NCBI RefSeq assembly: GCF_006345805.1 | Contig: NC_043002.1 | Span: 558,001-622,000, forward strand | DNA length: 64,000 nucleotides | Source: Octopus sinensis | Taxonomy: Eukaryota | Direction: 5' to 3' | Shown: positions 12,282 through 27,200 of the stretch, piece after piece | Position numbering within the stretch: the first letter of the stretch is position 1 | How the letters are laid out: each line of letters opens with the position of its first letter | The notes under the pieces: generated by a model | What the model saw: the letters and a program-made list of their open reading frames with translations, nothing else | Told to the model about the DNA's origin: nothing | The model's database searches: none | Made by a program: the position numbers and the translations under genes

Positions 12282-15200
12282 GCACAAACAAACAAAAAGG
12301 AACGCAGAGTAAATAAGGGACAGAGTCAAGACTATTGAAAAGGTTGCAAGACGCAACGAAAATGTTTAGGAAAATAAAAATAAGAAAAAAGTGGAAATTT
12401 TACCGGTGAGTGTGTTATGCTATAAGGCACAAAAAGAGAATGACCCTCCCCAGACACAACAGAAGAAGCTTCAACACACAAACTCATATAAAGAATCTTG
12501 CAAACCAAATCCCAAAACGAAATACATCAACATCATCATCGTTTAATGTCTGTTTTGCATGCTAGCATGGGTTGGATGGTTTGTTAGGAGCTGGCCCGCT
12601 GCAGAGCTAAGTTTTGTCTGTTTTGGCATGGTTTCTATGGTCAGATACCCTTCCTAATGCCATCCACTTTACAGGGTGAGGACTGGGTACTTTTTACATG
12701 CTACCAGCAGGGGTTCGTTTACGTAGCACTGGCATGAGGGCATTTTACATGCCACTGGCATCTGCAAAAGAAAGACTAATCAGCTGGGGGGAGGGCTGTG
12801 GCCATGACGCACATGCCAGTAGGTATGGATGGCCACATTTTTACTTAGCTTGCCGTGTCTTCTCAGGTACAGCCAATCACCGCAATAGTCCTGTTCCTTG
12901 TCATAAGCAAGGAAACTGGGATACTACAGTTTTCTCAACACAAATTTCCAATTAAAAAGTCATCTAAATTAAAATCTTCAGTCAAAATTTCTTGATAATT
13001 TATGTTCCAAACATTAGTTTAATAATGACAAAGTTATTTAAAACCTTCCTTGTTATTTTCAACATTAATTGAAACAAAGTGTATTTCACTAGAAATATTC
13101 TTTTATTCGTTTCAGTCATTTGACTGCAGCCATGCTGGAGCACCGCCTTTAGTCGAGCTATACATACATACATATATATATATATATATGACAGGCTTCT
13201 TTCAGTTTCCGGCAGCCATGGAAGGGAAGCAACAAGAGCGGTGTCGGGTGGACAGGAAAGAAGGAAAAGTGAGGATGCGTACGAGACAAGCGAGGGAGCG
13301 AACAGACCAGGTGCCTGTCTGTTTCGTTCGTAGTCGTCAACGCACATGCAGCCTTGCTGTTCCTCTACTACTGATGCTGCTGATGTCGGGCTCCGTTACA
13401 TTTTGGCCTCGCATTTTGGGGTGGGTGGAGCGGTCGTCACAGCGTTTTGCAACAATGGTCTGGCATGGCGGGTAACAAAAAAGTCGATACATTTTTTTTT
13501 ACATCTCTTATAATTTTGTTAGAGCAAAATTAATAAAGAACTTGAGGGATAATCTGTGTCAATGGTTTCTAACCTTAAAAATTCTTTCATCAAGTTCCCA
13601 AACATTGTCAGAAATTTTCTTTTGAATTTCACTGCTAACATTAAATGTGTTGTCTGTAAAATATAAAGTATAATGAAAATATACGAATGTCAAAAGTTCA
13701 AAACTAGTTTTGAATTTTGGGTTTGAAACTTAAGTAGAATATATACAACCAAGCCTATAGTATGTTATTGAGAAAACAAAAACAGTAGTAAATCTCAGAT
13801 AATGAAATGAAAATGTGAAGGAAAACATAATTAAAAATTTTATTATTTAGTAAGTCAACAAAATTTTGTGGGGAGGGGCATCTATCTTAAAATACAATGA
13901 TGAGAAACATATCATAGTAGAACGAATTTTTAACTTAGAGGTTCAGCAAAAGAGACTGATAGAATAAGTACCAGGCTGGGGGGGGGGTCATGTCATTTGA
14001 CTAAAATTCTTCAAAGGCCCCAGCATGGCTGCAGTATAACGACTGAAACAAATGAAAAGATAACTTTTTTTTTCAACTGCTTCTTATTGAAATAGAATTT
14101 ACTTTGATCAACTCACTTGCCACAGATGGAACTGGAAAACATTTTGAGACTGCTGCAATGCTTTGAGAGCAATCTATTGTCACCACATCACATTGGATTA
14201 TAGAGTTCATAATATCTTCAATAATAAGAGTTGTGTAACTTAAATACACCTAAATAAAGGAAGAGTGAAATAAATAGAACAAAATGTATAATAAATAAAA
14301 TACTGTATTGGAGAAAATACTTGAAAAATTCCTAAAATTGAAATCCTAGGTCCATATCAAACAAAGGATATTGGAATAATTTAATCAGAATGAATCTAGA
14401 GATCACAGAGATCTATTCAAATGGTTAGCATCAGTCTGTACTCTCAAATATACCGAAATCAGATGCCATCAAATAACTTAGCAAAACATCAACACAGAAT
14501 TGCCTTAACTTCTTTGGTGTCTTTGTCAAATCTGTCTACTTACGGGCTTCGTCTACTTTTCATCTCCAGGCTTCTCTAAGGAACAGAGACCATGCTTGTA
14601 GAAAAGACAGAAACAAGACAGCGTGTCCGTGAGTCACAGGCTAGAATATGTCTGTTTGAGGTTTTATGCCAATCAGACGGCATTCCTCTGGATGTGCTCT
14701 GAAAATGTGTGAGTCAGTAGCAACAGCTCAATCCAGGTGTGAAAACAACATTCCATTGTGTGCTTCAGCTGAAATTTGTAGAATATTAGTAATTGCATGG
14801 GAAGGAAGTATTTTCTAGCCTTGAGAAGAAGGGCTTGTCTTGAAGTTCTAGCTATGTTAAGGATTGTGTTTTCACCAGAAGAGATCCTGTGTAATAGTAA
14901 GGACTAACATTTAGAGCAACTGTGAGGGCTCTGGCTGTGTTTAAGTGGAATTGTTACAATGTTTACTTGATATCTAAAGGGCTTCTACTCTCTTGCTACT
15001 GTGATGAAGACACTTTTGAAGTCTCCATTCATGGAATCATTGTGGCTTTGGGATGTAGTCTCGAGGTTGCATGTGGATGATACATGGTTGCAAGTGGAGC
15101 CTAAAATATAGTTGGGCATATTGAGTATGGAACTAAAAAGAGCTCTGTCAACATGGTTTGATAGTACCTTCTGATAGGAAGCTAGTGATCTAGGAGATAA

Positions 15201-18200
15201 GAGATGAATGGAATCCATAGGAGGCATTTTTCTGATGAGATTTGTTTGCCAGGCATGGTTGAAAGCTTTGCTGATATTAAAAGGTGATGAGATTACTTTG
15301 ATCAAATTTCTTGAAGTTAAGAACCAGCTGGTGGCTGACATAGAATTTAGCTCTCTTCAGAAACAATAGTGGTAATTATGAGAGAGAGAGAATTGAAAGG
15401 CCGAAGACTTTGGTGCATATTGGGATGAACTGTAGAGTGCAATATTTGAAGGCAATGGAAAGGACATTGTTAGAAATAAGTGTTGTTTATTTGAAGCGAC
15501 CACAGGTATTTGTGTACTTGAGAGGTGTACAAGGTAGTGAACTTCATGGAGTGGGAAGGGACATAGACATGGAGTAGCTCTACCAATTATATGCAGCATG
15601 GAGCTGGATGCAAAGCAAATAACAAAGGCGGATACTCTCTCCATAGAGGTACTACTACTCACAGTACCTCTATGGAAAAGGTTTCTGTAAAGTGGTAGAG
15701 GTCCTTTTGACAAGAGACCAGACAGATTGGATACGGTTTGGGAGGCAACAAAACTTGTGAGAAGTGTAAGATATGGAGAACATCTTTTATGGTTTGGACA
15801 GAAGATGAGGATTGAAAAGATTGTGTCGTAAAGACGAAAAGGATGTGGTGCTTGTGTGTGAATAAGGAGTGATGATTGGGATATAGAATTGGAATGCAGA
15901 GAGTTTAGTGCTGGTTTTTTGGCATCATAAAGATGTGATGTTACATGGACAGGTCATAGTAATCTTCTGCTAGGAACCTTATGTAAATGTTTACAACAGA
16001 ACAAACTGCTGTAAAGGCAACCCCTGGTGGTATTAAACAGGGTGGTGGTATAACAGGCCATAAATGATTCTAACATAAATGAAGAAAGGAAACCAATACG
16101 TTGAAACAATATTTGAAGAATCAAGGGCCTAAAAGAGTCTATATATAACTTTTGCAAAAAGGCAGATGAGGATGATGGTAAAATAGAGGATCACAAAGTG
16201 TGAAGAAATGTGGTGATGGTAAAGATGAAGATGCAATGTATGAGTGGTTGCCATGGGACCATTAACGACAGTTACAGTTACTTAGGATGTCCGTGCAATG
16301 CTGCTGCTGCTGCTACCATATTAGAAAAGAATATTAAATGGAAAGTTTTTTTCTTTGAACCAACCAATGTCCAGAGAGTGGTCAATGTAAAATGAACCTT
16401 TGTTGCATTTTTATAAAGAGTAAGACTATGTTGAGTCCGTAAAGGAGTATTTATACAATCCACCAAAGTTAGAAGATCTGTCACTTGGCTATATTAGGCC
16501 TGAACAGAACCTATACACTTAAAACTGCAATAATTCAGTTGCTGATCCCATCTGCTTATTAATTGGGGCTTTAAGATGTAATAAGCTTCTCAACAAATTA
16601 AGTTTTCAAGCAAACAATAGTTTGCCATAAACCATGTCACATATAATAAAATATTGTTTATATCCAAAACAAAATCTCAAAAATTCTACTTCCTCCACAC
16701 TTAACTCATTTGATAATGCAAAAAGAAAAATTACCTGAAATGATAGAGTTTTCACTTTAAGGGTTGAAGGATGAAAATTTAGAAATACTTGATTTTGTTG
16801 AAAACGTGTTGGATATCCTGGAACAAAAAATTAAGAAAATCTTTAATATGAAGAATAGTAATATAAGATATGAAGGACAAAATAAGATTCCTACAAAGAT
16901 AACAAGTATAAAGGGAGTGAAAATTAAAGGAGCAGGATCCTTACACACAAAAATTCAACTGTTATAAAGACTTTAATCAATACACCCAGCAGCCTTTCTT
17001 TTATAACCTGCTATCATCATAACTTCTGCTTTTATACACAGACTTTTAACCTGCCATAATATTTCCTAAACTTTCTTCTCTTTCAAATGATGTTAAACAT
17101 CTTTGTAATTATTTGGTGAGAAACTCATTTACCTCCAACCATACTCAGCCTGGAACCTTCAAATGCTTCAAGTCATACCTGTAGTTTTACTAGCCAAAAC
17201 AGTAGCTGAAAATCCCATCTTTTCATCATCATCATTTAACAGCCGTAGTCCATGCTGGGATGGGTCGGATGGTGTGACTGGGCTGGCATGCTGGAAGCTG
17301 CACCAGACTCCAGTCTGATATGGCATGGTTTTCTACCAGCACAGGTGCCAATTTGCGTGACACCAGTATCTGCCATGACTGCAATTTTGTTTGGCTTGAC
17401 GAGTCTTCTCAAGCACAACACAATGACAAATGTGTTGGTCGTTGCCTCCGTGAGGCCCAACGCTTAAAGGAACTCATGCACCTTGCCTCCGTGAGGCCCA
17501 AGGCTTGAAAGGAACTCAGTCACTTTGCCTCCATGAGGCTCAACATTCAAAAGACGTTCTTTATGTGCCACCAGCACAGGTCCTCTCAAGCACAGCATAT
17601 CATCAAAGGTCTCAGTCACTAGTCATCACCTTTGTGAGGCCCAAAGTTTGAAGATCATGCTTTGCCACATCATCGCATATCTTCCTGGATTAGCTCTGCC
17701 ACAGGTTCCTTCCACAGTTAGAGATCTGCACTTCTTTACACAGCTGTCCTCATCCATACACATCACATGACCATACCAGCACAGTTGCATCTCTTGCATA
17801 CCACATCTGATGCCTCTTATGCCCAACTTTTCTCTCAATATGCTTACACTCTGTCATACATGCACACTGATATTGCACATCCAGTGAAGCATTCTGGTTT
17901 CATTTCTTTCAAGCCTACGTATGTCCTCAGTTGTGACAGCCCATGTTTCACTGTGGTGTAGCGTAGCTGTTTGCACACAGGCATCAAACAATCTGCCTTT
18001 TCATCTGAGAGACCCTTTGTTGCCAGGAGGGGTAGGAGCTCTCTAAACTTAGTCCAGCCAAATCTTATTCTCACAGCCCTTGGAGCACCCACCTCCATTA
18101 CTAACTTGGTCACCGAGATAACAGAAGCTATCTTACTACCTCTAGCTTGACCCCTCCCCCAGCAGTTGATGGCGTCTCTGCACATTTTCAGCATTTATTG

Positions 18201-21200
18201 TACTTGTGCACCTTCCACATAGTTTCCCTATTAACCTTCCTCTGATGTTGCTGCACCTTTTTACCAAAGCTTACACTGGGTGCATCTTATGGAGATTCTA
18301 CCTACATCTTTTCTACAGATTGAGCAGGGTCATCTACCCAAAGGGATTTGTGATTTGTCTGCATTCCTACTTACTAAGACTTTGGTTTTTACTAGGTTCA
18401 CTCTAAGGCCCTTTGATTCTAGACTTTGCTTCCATACCTGGAACTTCTTCTCTAGTACAGGTAATGATTCAACTATTAGAGCAAGGTCATCAGCATAGAG
18501 GAGCTCTCGGGGGCAGCCTGTCTCAAATTCCTCTGTTTGAATTCTTCCTTTGCTACTGACAATTTCCTCTGTTCTTAGACCAAATTCACTACAGTGTTTC
18601 CATGCCCCACAAGGCTTTCAATAGGAGCAAAACAACATGCTAGTTATGTGATTATTACTCAAAACATCTTAATGTGTCTAACATGAAGGGTTTTCCCCAG
18701 AGTATCTCTGAATATTTGATATTTCAATTAGCCCGGTCACACTTCAGAGTATCATTTGTTCTCTGAAAATCATTTTCTCAGACTTCAATCTCCACAACGC
18801 TTCTTGGCTCTCAGTGAGTGAGTGTGTGTGTGTACATAAAATATGATTGGTATATGAGACATAAAATGAAGATCATTATCTTATCTTCATTGATGGTTAA
18901 TAGATAAAGTCTCTATTAGAAAAGGAAGGAGTTCAATCGTTGCTACCATTGTTGGCAACGAAAGACTTCATTGCTCATAGATTTTATCAGTCATTTATAA
19001 ATAGTGTTAAGTTAACAGAAATGATTGTATTCAAAACTGCCAAGGGCTGAACTTATGGACATTTAAATGTGACAAGTTCAGAAAAGATGTACATATGTGA
19101 AGATATGTAAAAGGTGATAGGTGCTAGATGAAAATGGGCAATGCGCTGAGAGTAGAAAATGCCCAGAGCAGAGAAGACTAAGCAAAACATGGAAGGTGGT
19201 AGTGAGAACAGATATTGGGATGTTGGACCTCATCGATGAAATGAGTGGGTGGTAATATGCTGGACATATGCTTGGGAAAGATAGATATCAAATCAATGAA
19301 GACAATGATTATACTATAATCAGACACTCTGATGATAGTTAAATATCCGTTTTATTTCATTAATATTTTAAAAAATCTATCGATCATTACCCCTTGATGT
19401 GGAAAGAAGATACTGGTTTCCTTCACTACTGTTAGCTTCACAGTAAACTTGCACTGGAGAACCGAGTTCTTTAACTGTGTATGAAATCTGTTGAGTTAAA
19501 AAAAAAACATCTAAATATAAATTATATTGAGAATAACTCATACCATAAAAAAATCCCATCTTAATTACAATAACGATACTATAATCTTTATTTTTTACAC
19601 AGGTTTTCTATAGTTTTTTTAAGTTGTTGACATTTATAAATCGAAGCTTCCATAATCCTCACCCGAATAAGTGGATAGATGGTATGTGTCTAAGTCATGT
19701 CTAGGTTTATAAGAATCTGAGAAGACACACCAATCCATTTAGTGTCCATTTTTCCATGCAAGCATGAATTGAATAAGAATTTGAGGTAGTATTTTGTAAC
19801 TGGATGTCTTTCCTGTCATCAACTCTTACTTCTTTTCCAGGCCTACAGTGGCAGACACTCACCCGAGGTGTCAGCAGTGAGACTGAATCCAAAACCTTGT
19901 CATTGCATATAGCCACACTTCTGCCTAATGCATTTTATATATTACAAGTAATAAGAGCTTTTTTTTGTTTTCTGTTAGACTCATAATGACTTGGAATATT
20001 TAGTGGAACCCTTTAAGTGTCATAAGTGGATTGTGAGAGTATTTCTAAGAGCTAACAACATTACCCATTGGTCCACCCCCAAGTAGCATACCATTGTTTG
20101 GTTCAAGATTGCTTCTTCAGCCAGCTGGTGACAATATCAACTAACCGCTGTCTGATGGCCATATTTCTGTCTACCACTAACGATCCTTATCTAGTAAAAG
20201 GGGCTTGCTTTCTGAATCATGAAAAGGCATATAACTGCATGCCATGAGACATACAGTGAAGTATGGGATTGATGGGCATCTAGTTGCTTGAAGTCCTTGT
20301 AAAAAACGTCCAAGCATTTGTATTCAGGTAAAAGCTTACCCTTAACTCTGGCTCTGGATTTTGGTTAGTGACTGAAAGAGTATCATTGCTAATAAAAGCA
20401 GCAAAAATGGTGTTTCTTCAAACGGTCACAACTGGAGGAATGATATTTGATGGGATGAGTCAAGCAGAGATTTAGGACGTATTCCAGGTGAAGCCAGTAC
20501 ATCTCTACATTGAGAGATCTTAGTTCTGGTTCAGTGGACATGCAGTTAGGCATTCTGGGGAAAGACTCAAAGGACAGGATTGTTATGGGTAAAGCCAAAC
20601 AATACAACATCTTACGAGTATACCACAAGAAAATAGTTGAATCATAACCATAGCCTTTGTTGAAGGACCAGCCAGAGTATTTGCAGATGGTTGCTTCTGA
20701 TAGAATCCTGCTTTCATGACCCTGACAGGAATAAGGAGGAATGAAGATGGAAATGAACTGGTCTAGATTTGCAAGAAAAAAGACACATCAATCCATTGCA
20801 GGAGCATCACGCCTCACAAGACACAGGTTCACACCCCAACCCCAACTACTACTACTACTGATGCAAGCAGATGTTAAGAAGCCCACTGATATATTAACTA
20901 TCCATGTTATCAGAGAAACTATGAAACTACAAACTAATACTATAGGATTTATTTCAAGTACAATGGTGAATTCTCCATAAACAATAATCAAATTGCTCCT
21001 GTATTTAGTGTAAAACCAAAGCAAGCTAAAGAACTGTGGAGATAAACGGTGTAACTCAAGCAGAACCAAGAAACTAGTTGAGTTTTTTTAACATTTGCCA
21101 TCATAAAAAAATTTTTTCACCATAAAAAAGAAAAAAAAAACATGCTAAATTTAAATCTATTTTAACTAAAAAGAAAACTGTGAAACTTGTATATAAATTC

Positions 21201-24200
21201 TAATTAGTATCTCACTCATGGATTTTATTAAGATAAATCATCATAAATGGTAAAACTAAATGAAAATATACATATTCAATATAATGTCTTGCTAAATTTT
21301 TAGAAACTTATGAAAAGTAAAGTCTATAGATTCCAGGTTTGATAAACATGGTGCTGGAACACTGACCAAGTTGAACTTCACAACTCTGGGCAAGAAACAC
21401 ACATACACAAAAATTTATTTAAAAAAGAAATTCTATAATTCAATCATAAAAAATACTTATTAAATCTTAATTTATTGCAAGAAATACTTACTTCAAATGA
21501 CTTGGAATTGTTAGGGACAGTCAGATTTTCTAACATTATCTGAATGGTATTCCAATCTGAAATGATTCAATTTAAACATAATTCTTATAAGAAGCCAGAA
21601 ATCTTAAAATCAATAGAATTAAACTATTTTGTCGAAGGATGGTGCAACAAATGATGATGGATACACACACAAAACCTCTCAACCCAACAAGATGCCTTCA
21701 ACAAATTTAGATACCAACTTTTATAATACTGTGCTGGGCAATAAGAAATTTCAGTCCATTTATGAAGTGGCATTATAAAACACTAGCAGACATACCTGGT
21801 GTTGCTCAGAATTTAAAAGGCATAGTTTGTATATATGATACAGTTAGGTTGAAATATTTGATATGGGGAAGTGCAGCACTGACAACAAAACATTTGTGGA
21901 GCAAATGAAGGGTTAATTCGACGAAGTGACATGTCATGCGTCTGTTTGCAAGATTCCAGGCCTTAACCTTGTCATGGAAAAGTGGGTGGTGGGTATGTGA
22001 TTTCAGACAAGTTGTGGTGCACCTGAGCACTGTATACAATAATTTCATTATTATTATTAGAATGTACCAAAAACCTTTCAGTGGATATAGTTTGTGTAGC
22101 TGTTGGTGCTGCTGCTACCATGATGAATAATCAGCAGACATAGGAACGACATCCATGGGATAAATTAAGCCTGTGGGCATGCTCAACAACACTACATGAG
22201 AAAAAATCTACATGAAAGAAATGTGGTGGTGGAAGATTGGCTAAAGCTGTTAATGCAGCATCCCTGGTCAGCTGAATGCAGCATCCCTGGTCAGCTGAAT
22301 GCAGCATCCCTGGTCAGCTGAATGCAGCATCCCTGCTCATCACTTTCCATTGCTCTTGCACCATTTTGTGATTGTCTCGTGTGATGATTCATTTGTTCTC
22401 CTCCTTTCCTGCTTCTCTGCTGCCACTGTTTTTCGACCAATTGAGGATCTCTTCTTTGGAGACATTATGTCAAGAAATAGGACGTAATAAACTAAGATGA
22501 CAACAGTATGTTAATAATGAAATGTCAATGAGAAAAGGTAAATAATATAAATATTTTAGCAAATTTTAAGAAATACATCCAATGAACTGAGATATTAATT
22601 AATATCAATATTTCAAAAAGATGGAAAACATCCAACAAAAAAATGTTTTACCTAGTAACTGAATAAGTTTTACCTAGTAACGTGTAAGCGAATTAATCGT
22701 GCTGGATGTAAAGGAGACAATTTCTGAAAGTTACCTCCCTTGCTCACAATAATCGTTCGTAACCTAGGAAAAAGTGTTTTCTTACGCCCCGTTATGCATT
22801 ATGTGAAAAATTTTAAGAGTCTAAAACCATCTCTGGAACATACATAATGTATGTTCCCAGTTTGGAGAAAATCAGTTGCTAACTTCAGAAGTTATGTGGG
22901 TTTACACACACAGTCTGAGTTTTATATATATATAGAAGACAATGAGCTGAAGAATTCTTATTCAGTTCAGTTGAAAAGAAAACAACAGAAAATTTCAAGG
23001 ATCTCTGACAAAAAGACTTACCACAACTCTTTAAATGAGTTTTTTCTTTAGAGACTATAAAATGGTCAAAATAGCAAAGAAATTCTTTTTTCATTATTTC
23101 AAAACAGTTATTTTTCATATGTAGTCCAGGTCAGAAGGATGAAAAATAGAATTGGTGTTGGTTTTACATTCAATTTCCCAAAAAGAATTTGCAACAGCAG
23201 CTTTCTACAAATTTCAACTTTAAATTCACAACATTAAGTTAGTTGATTTAACTTCAACTGGGTTTTATACAACTTGATATAGCCAGGGTCAACAGTAATA
23301 AATGTGAAACCCAAGTTATTGTAACACCACTACTAGAGAAGTCTTCTTTGTAAGTTAGTGTCTTCTGTATTAGATGACAGCTTGAGGTTCTCTAAACAAA
23401 AACATGTGAAATGAATCAAGTAGATGTTTTTTTTGTGAATGCCAGCACTAAACAGTTTTTCTTTTGTCCCCTTTTGTACTCCATAAAAATGTAAACTTCT
23501 TTAGGTAAACTTAAATATATCAGCAATGAACTGGAACTTTTATCACACCTGAGTTACTCCTCTAGGTGAGCTGCCTTTAAACAACTTTATAAACAGTTAC
23601 CCTGTCCAACATGAGAAACAAGAAGGTCAAGCCGAGAATCTTAGGCTAACACAGGGTGTAATTTGGCTCAATTGAAATAAATGGAAAGTGGTTTGACCTT
23701 TGAGGAGCAAAGGAGTTGAGGTGATTTTTTGTTTTGTTTTTGTTGCTATTCTCAAAGGAGATAAAACATGCCTTGATTTAAGACTTGCTTAACAATGAGA
23801 CTAATGTTTACTTTGAACATTTATAGATTCAGGTCTTTAGGATAAGTATTGTCCTAAAATCCATCAATAAATATCATTCCATAAAAATACAATTATTATT
23901 CAAAGAAATAACACTAACAAACCATTCCATGGAAATAACTTAAAATCTCATTTGTTGGGGGTTCTTAAAAGTCGATTAAAACTACATTATGAGAAATTAG
24001 TCTTAAACAGTTTATAACAATGTAAACAATAGTCTAACACACCTTGAGTTAGTGGTGGTACGTCCCTTCTGGGACGAGCATATTACTTGAATAGTTTAAT
24101 GTGGATTTAAATTATAGGAATTATGTTATTGTAAAAGGTTGATCAGCTTGGATCAATGACACACTTAAGAATAGGATATCAAAATACTTATATTACACAT

Positions 24201-27200
24201 TTGAATTTTTGACCACTTATACTCCGTTATTACTTAAAAGAATCCACAATTTGAAATCAAAACAATCAACAACTGATTTCAATCTGACACGACATCACTG
24301 AACATTCAGCTGACCAATAACAAAAGCTGAAGCACTTCTCATATTGTCGAAACTGGAGAATAGCTTTTGATATTATTTAATAAGATTTAAAAAAATTCTT
24401 TAAAATTAAAACTTGTGAATTATCTTACCATTCTGTTCTTGTTGACAAACCACTTGTTCAGAAAGCACTTCTTGTTGACAAACCACAGTTACCGAAGAAG
24501 TAGTTGGTTCACTGAAAACAGACAAAGTATAAACTATATTGGAATGAACAATCCTAACTTTTTGAATAATAACAATGGTAACCACATAACCATTGGCATC
24601 TTTTAGATTGATACAAACATAATGCAGTATGTTTTCAAAATTTTCAGGCATGACTAAAACAATACAAAGATCTTTGATAATTTAGTTGTAACATTTCTGA
24701 GCTTTAAGTAATGTTAAAAAAAAAAAAGAAAGCAAGAAAAAAGTAAAAGATTTCAGTAATGCTGCTTTGTATTGAATCTGCTCTGCAAATATTTAACAAG
24801 GGAAAGGAATGACTTCAACTGAGGTCAGGAGTTGTAATGTTGTCCTCAATGCTGGATTGGATGAAAGCATCAGAATACTGAAATCCCTTGATGTTGCTAG
24901 TTGAGAGTGGTCTAGTATTTGTTGAAGATGCCTTATTAACAGCTATGAAGGTTCAGGAAGGGAGGGGGACCAAACTATGTATGGGTTAATTAAGTACGAT
25001 TTATTATCTTTATATATAATATTTAGACATAATAGAATAAGACATCAGGTTTCAGGAATATGGTGTTATCAGGTTTTTAAAAATCTAGGATATGGGTAGA
25101 TTAGCAATAGAGCAGCTGTTCACCTTCTTTGGTTTTTAATACTTTCAACACATAGCGACTTCTACTGGATCAAATGACTTTTGAATTTATTCACATTTCA
25201 TCATCATTTAACGTCCACTTTCCATGCTGGCATGGGTTGTTAGACGGTTTGACTGCAACTGTAAGTAAGAGAGCTGCATCAGGTTTCAGTCTGATTTGGC
25301 ATGGTTTCTATGGTTGGATGCCCTTCCTAATGATGCCAACCACTCCAAGAATGGAAAGGATACTTTTTATGTACCACTTACATGACACCAGCAATGGCCA
25401 TGACCAAGATTTCATGGGTACCATTTACATGACATTGGCAATGACCATGACTATGGTTTCACTTGACTTGATGAGTCTTCTCAAGCACAGCCTACTGCCA
25501 AGGTCTTGGTCACCTCTCATCCCTTCCATAAGGCCCAACATTCAAAGATAAGGCTTCACCATCTTCTCCCTTACTTCCATGAGGCCCAACACTCAAAGAT
25601 TATGCTACCAGCAACAGCCATGGTTACAACTTCACAGGTGCCATTCACATGACCCAGCAAGTCTTCTCAAGCACAGCAGATTGTCAAAGGTCGCAGTCAC
25701 TAGTCACTGCACAGTGATGCTCAATATTGGAAGATCAGGCTTCACCACCTCGTCCCATGTCTTCCTGGGTCTAGCTCTTCCATAGGTTACCTCCAGTTAG
25801 CACTTCTTTACACAGCAGTCCTCATCCATACACATCACATGACCATACCAGTGCAGTTGTCTCTCTTGTACACTGCATCTGATGTTTTTTATGCTCAACT
25901 TTCCTCTCAAGACACTTATGCTCTGTTGCTCATGCACACTGACATTGCACATCCAGTGAAGCATACTAGCTCCATTTCTTTCCGACATTCACATGTCTTG
26001 TGATAACAGCCCACATTACACTGCTGTAGAAAATGGTTGATTCCACACAGGCAACATAAAATCTGCCTTTCATTTTGAGGGAGAAGCCCTTCAACTACCA
26101 AAGTATTTTGTTTGTTAAATGTTAACATCTTTCACCCACCCACCCACCCACACATCTGTCTCATCATCATTTAATGGCCATCTTCCATGCTGGAATAGAT
26201 TTGATGCAGGGCTAGTTTACGCACTTGTCTCCATATATGAAAATAGTGTATGATGAATTTAGTGTTCAGGTAGGTGTCTACTTAGGGTCTGTCCTCAGTC
26301 CCTTCCTATTCACCATCCTCCTCCTCTTGGGCATAACAGAGGAATTTCAGATTGGAAACCCATGGGAACTACTATATGCTGAGGACCTTGCATACTCTGT
26401 AACAAAATTTGGAGTCAAAGAGTCTTAAAGTAAACTTAGCAGAGACCAAGGTCTTAGCAAGCAGAGAATTAGACAGGGCCCTTCATCCTTTCAGGAAATG
26501 GTCCTGCTCAACATGTAGGAAGGGTGAAGGCAGAAATTCTATCTGGTGTATTTAGTGCAAGCTATGGACACATGAGAAATGCAGTGGAATAGTAGGAAGG
26601 TTAACAGAGGAAGCAGAGTTTGTACATGAAAGATGAAGAGGAGTCACAAAGACCACCAATACACGAGAAACTAATTTACTCAAATACCCTCTCTGGAAGT
26701 TGTAAATAACTTTTGCTACCTAGGTGACCTAATTAGCAGTGGAGGAGGATGTACAGAAAGTGTAACTGCTAGAATAAGGGTGGAGAAATGTTTAGAGAGC
26801 TTTTACCTCTGTTGGCAACCCAAAATTTCTCTGAGTGAAGGGACAATTATATAATGCATATATATGAACTGTGATCCTGCATGGTAGTGCGATGTTTAAC
26901 CTGAATGTAGAAGACATGTGAAAGCTGATATGCTCTGCTGGATGTGTGATGCCAGTATGAGTGTATTGAGAGAGAAATTTGGCAAAAGAGGAATTAGATG
27001 CAATGTTCGAGAGGATACTGCACTGGTATGAGGTCATGTGATGGATGAAGACAGTTATATTTCGAAGTGGAGAGAAGTTGTGGAAGAGGGTGAGCCAGAA
27101 AGGCATGGAACAAAGTATTGAAGACTGATTTTAAAATGCTGAGCTTTACAAAGGACTGAAGTATGTGACACACTGCTACACTCAAGAACTGCCCACCACA

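Noticed and set aside
16757-16948. Hydrophobic ORF as a transmembrane segment
   Set aside because: An AT-rich artefact with no in-frame acceptor. The real exon here (16817-16735) uses another frame.
21307-21385. Terminal exon [25 protein letters not shown]-stop
   Set aside because: It is in phase with 21492, but the 19487 exon continues the domain and leads on to the Tectonic motif. At most a minor isoform.
21796-21880. Exon ending at a strong donor (CCAG|gtatgt) with an in-frame TGA
   Set aside because: All frames from the good acceptor are closed, and rescue would need a rare GAG acceptor. The flanking exons already join in phase without it.
24826-24942. Terminal exon AVNKASSTN...TTPDLS-stop for a separate EGF gene
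   Set aside because: Mediocre acceptor, no recognisable motif, and only ~170 bp from the next exon. It cannot be fully excluded without RNA data.
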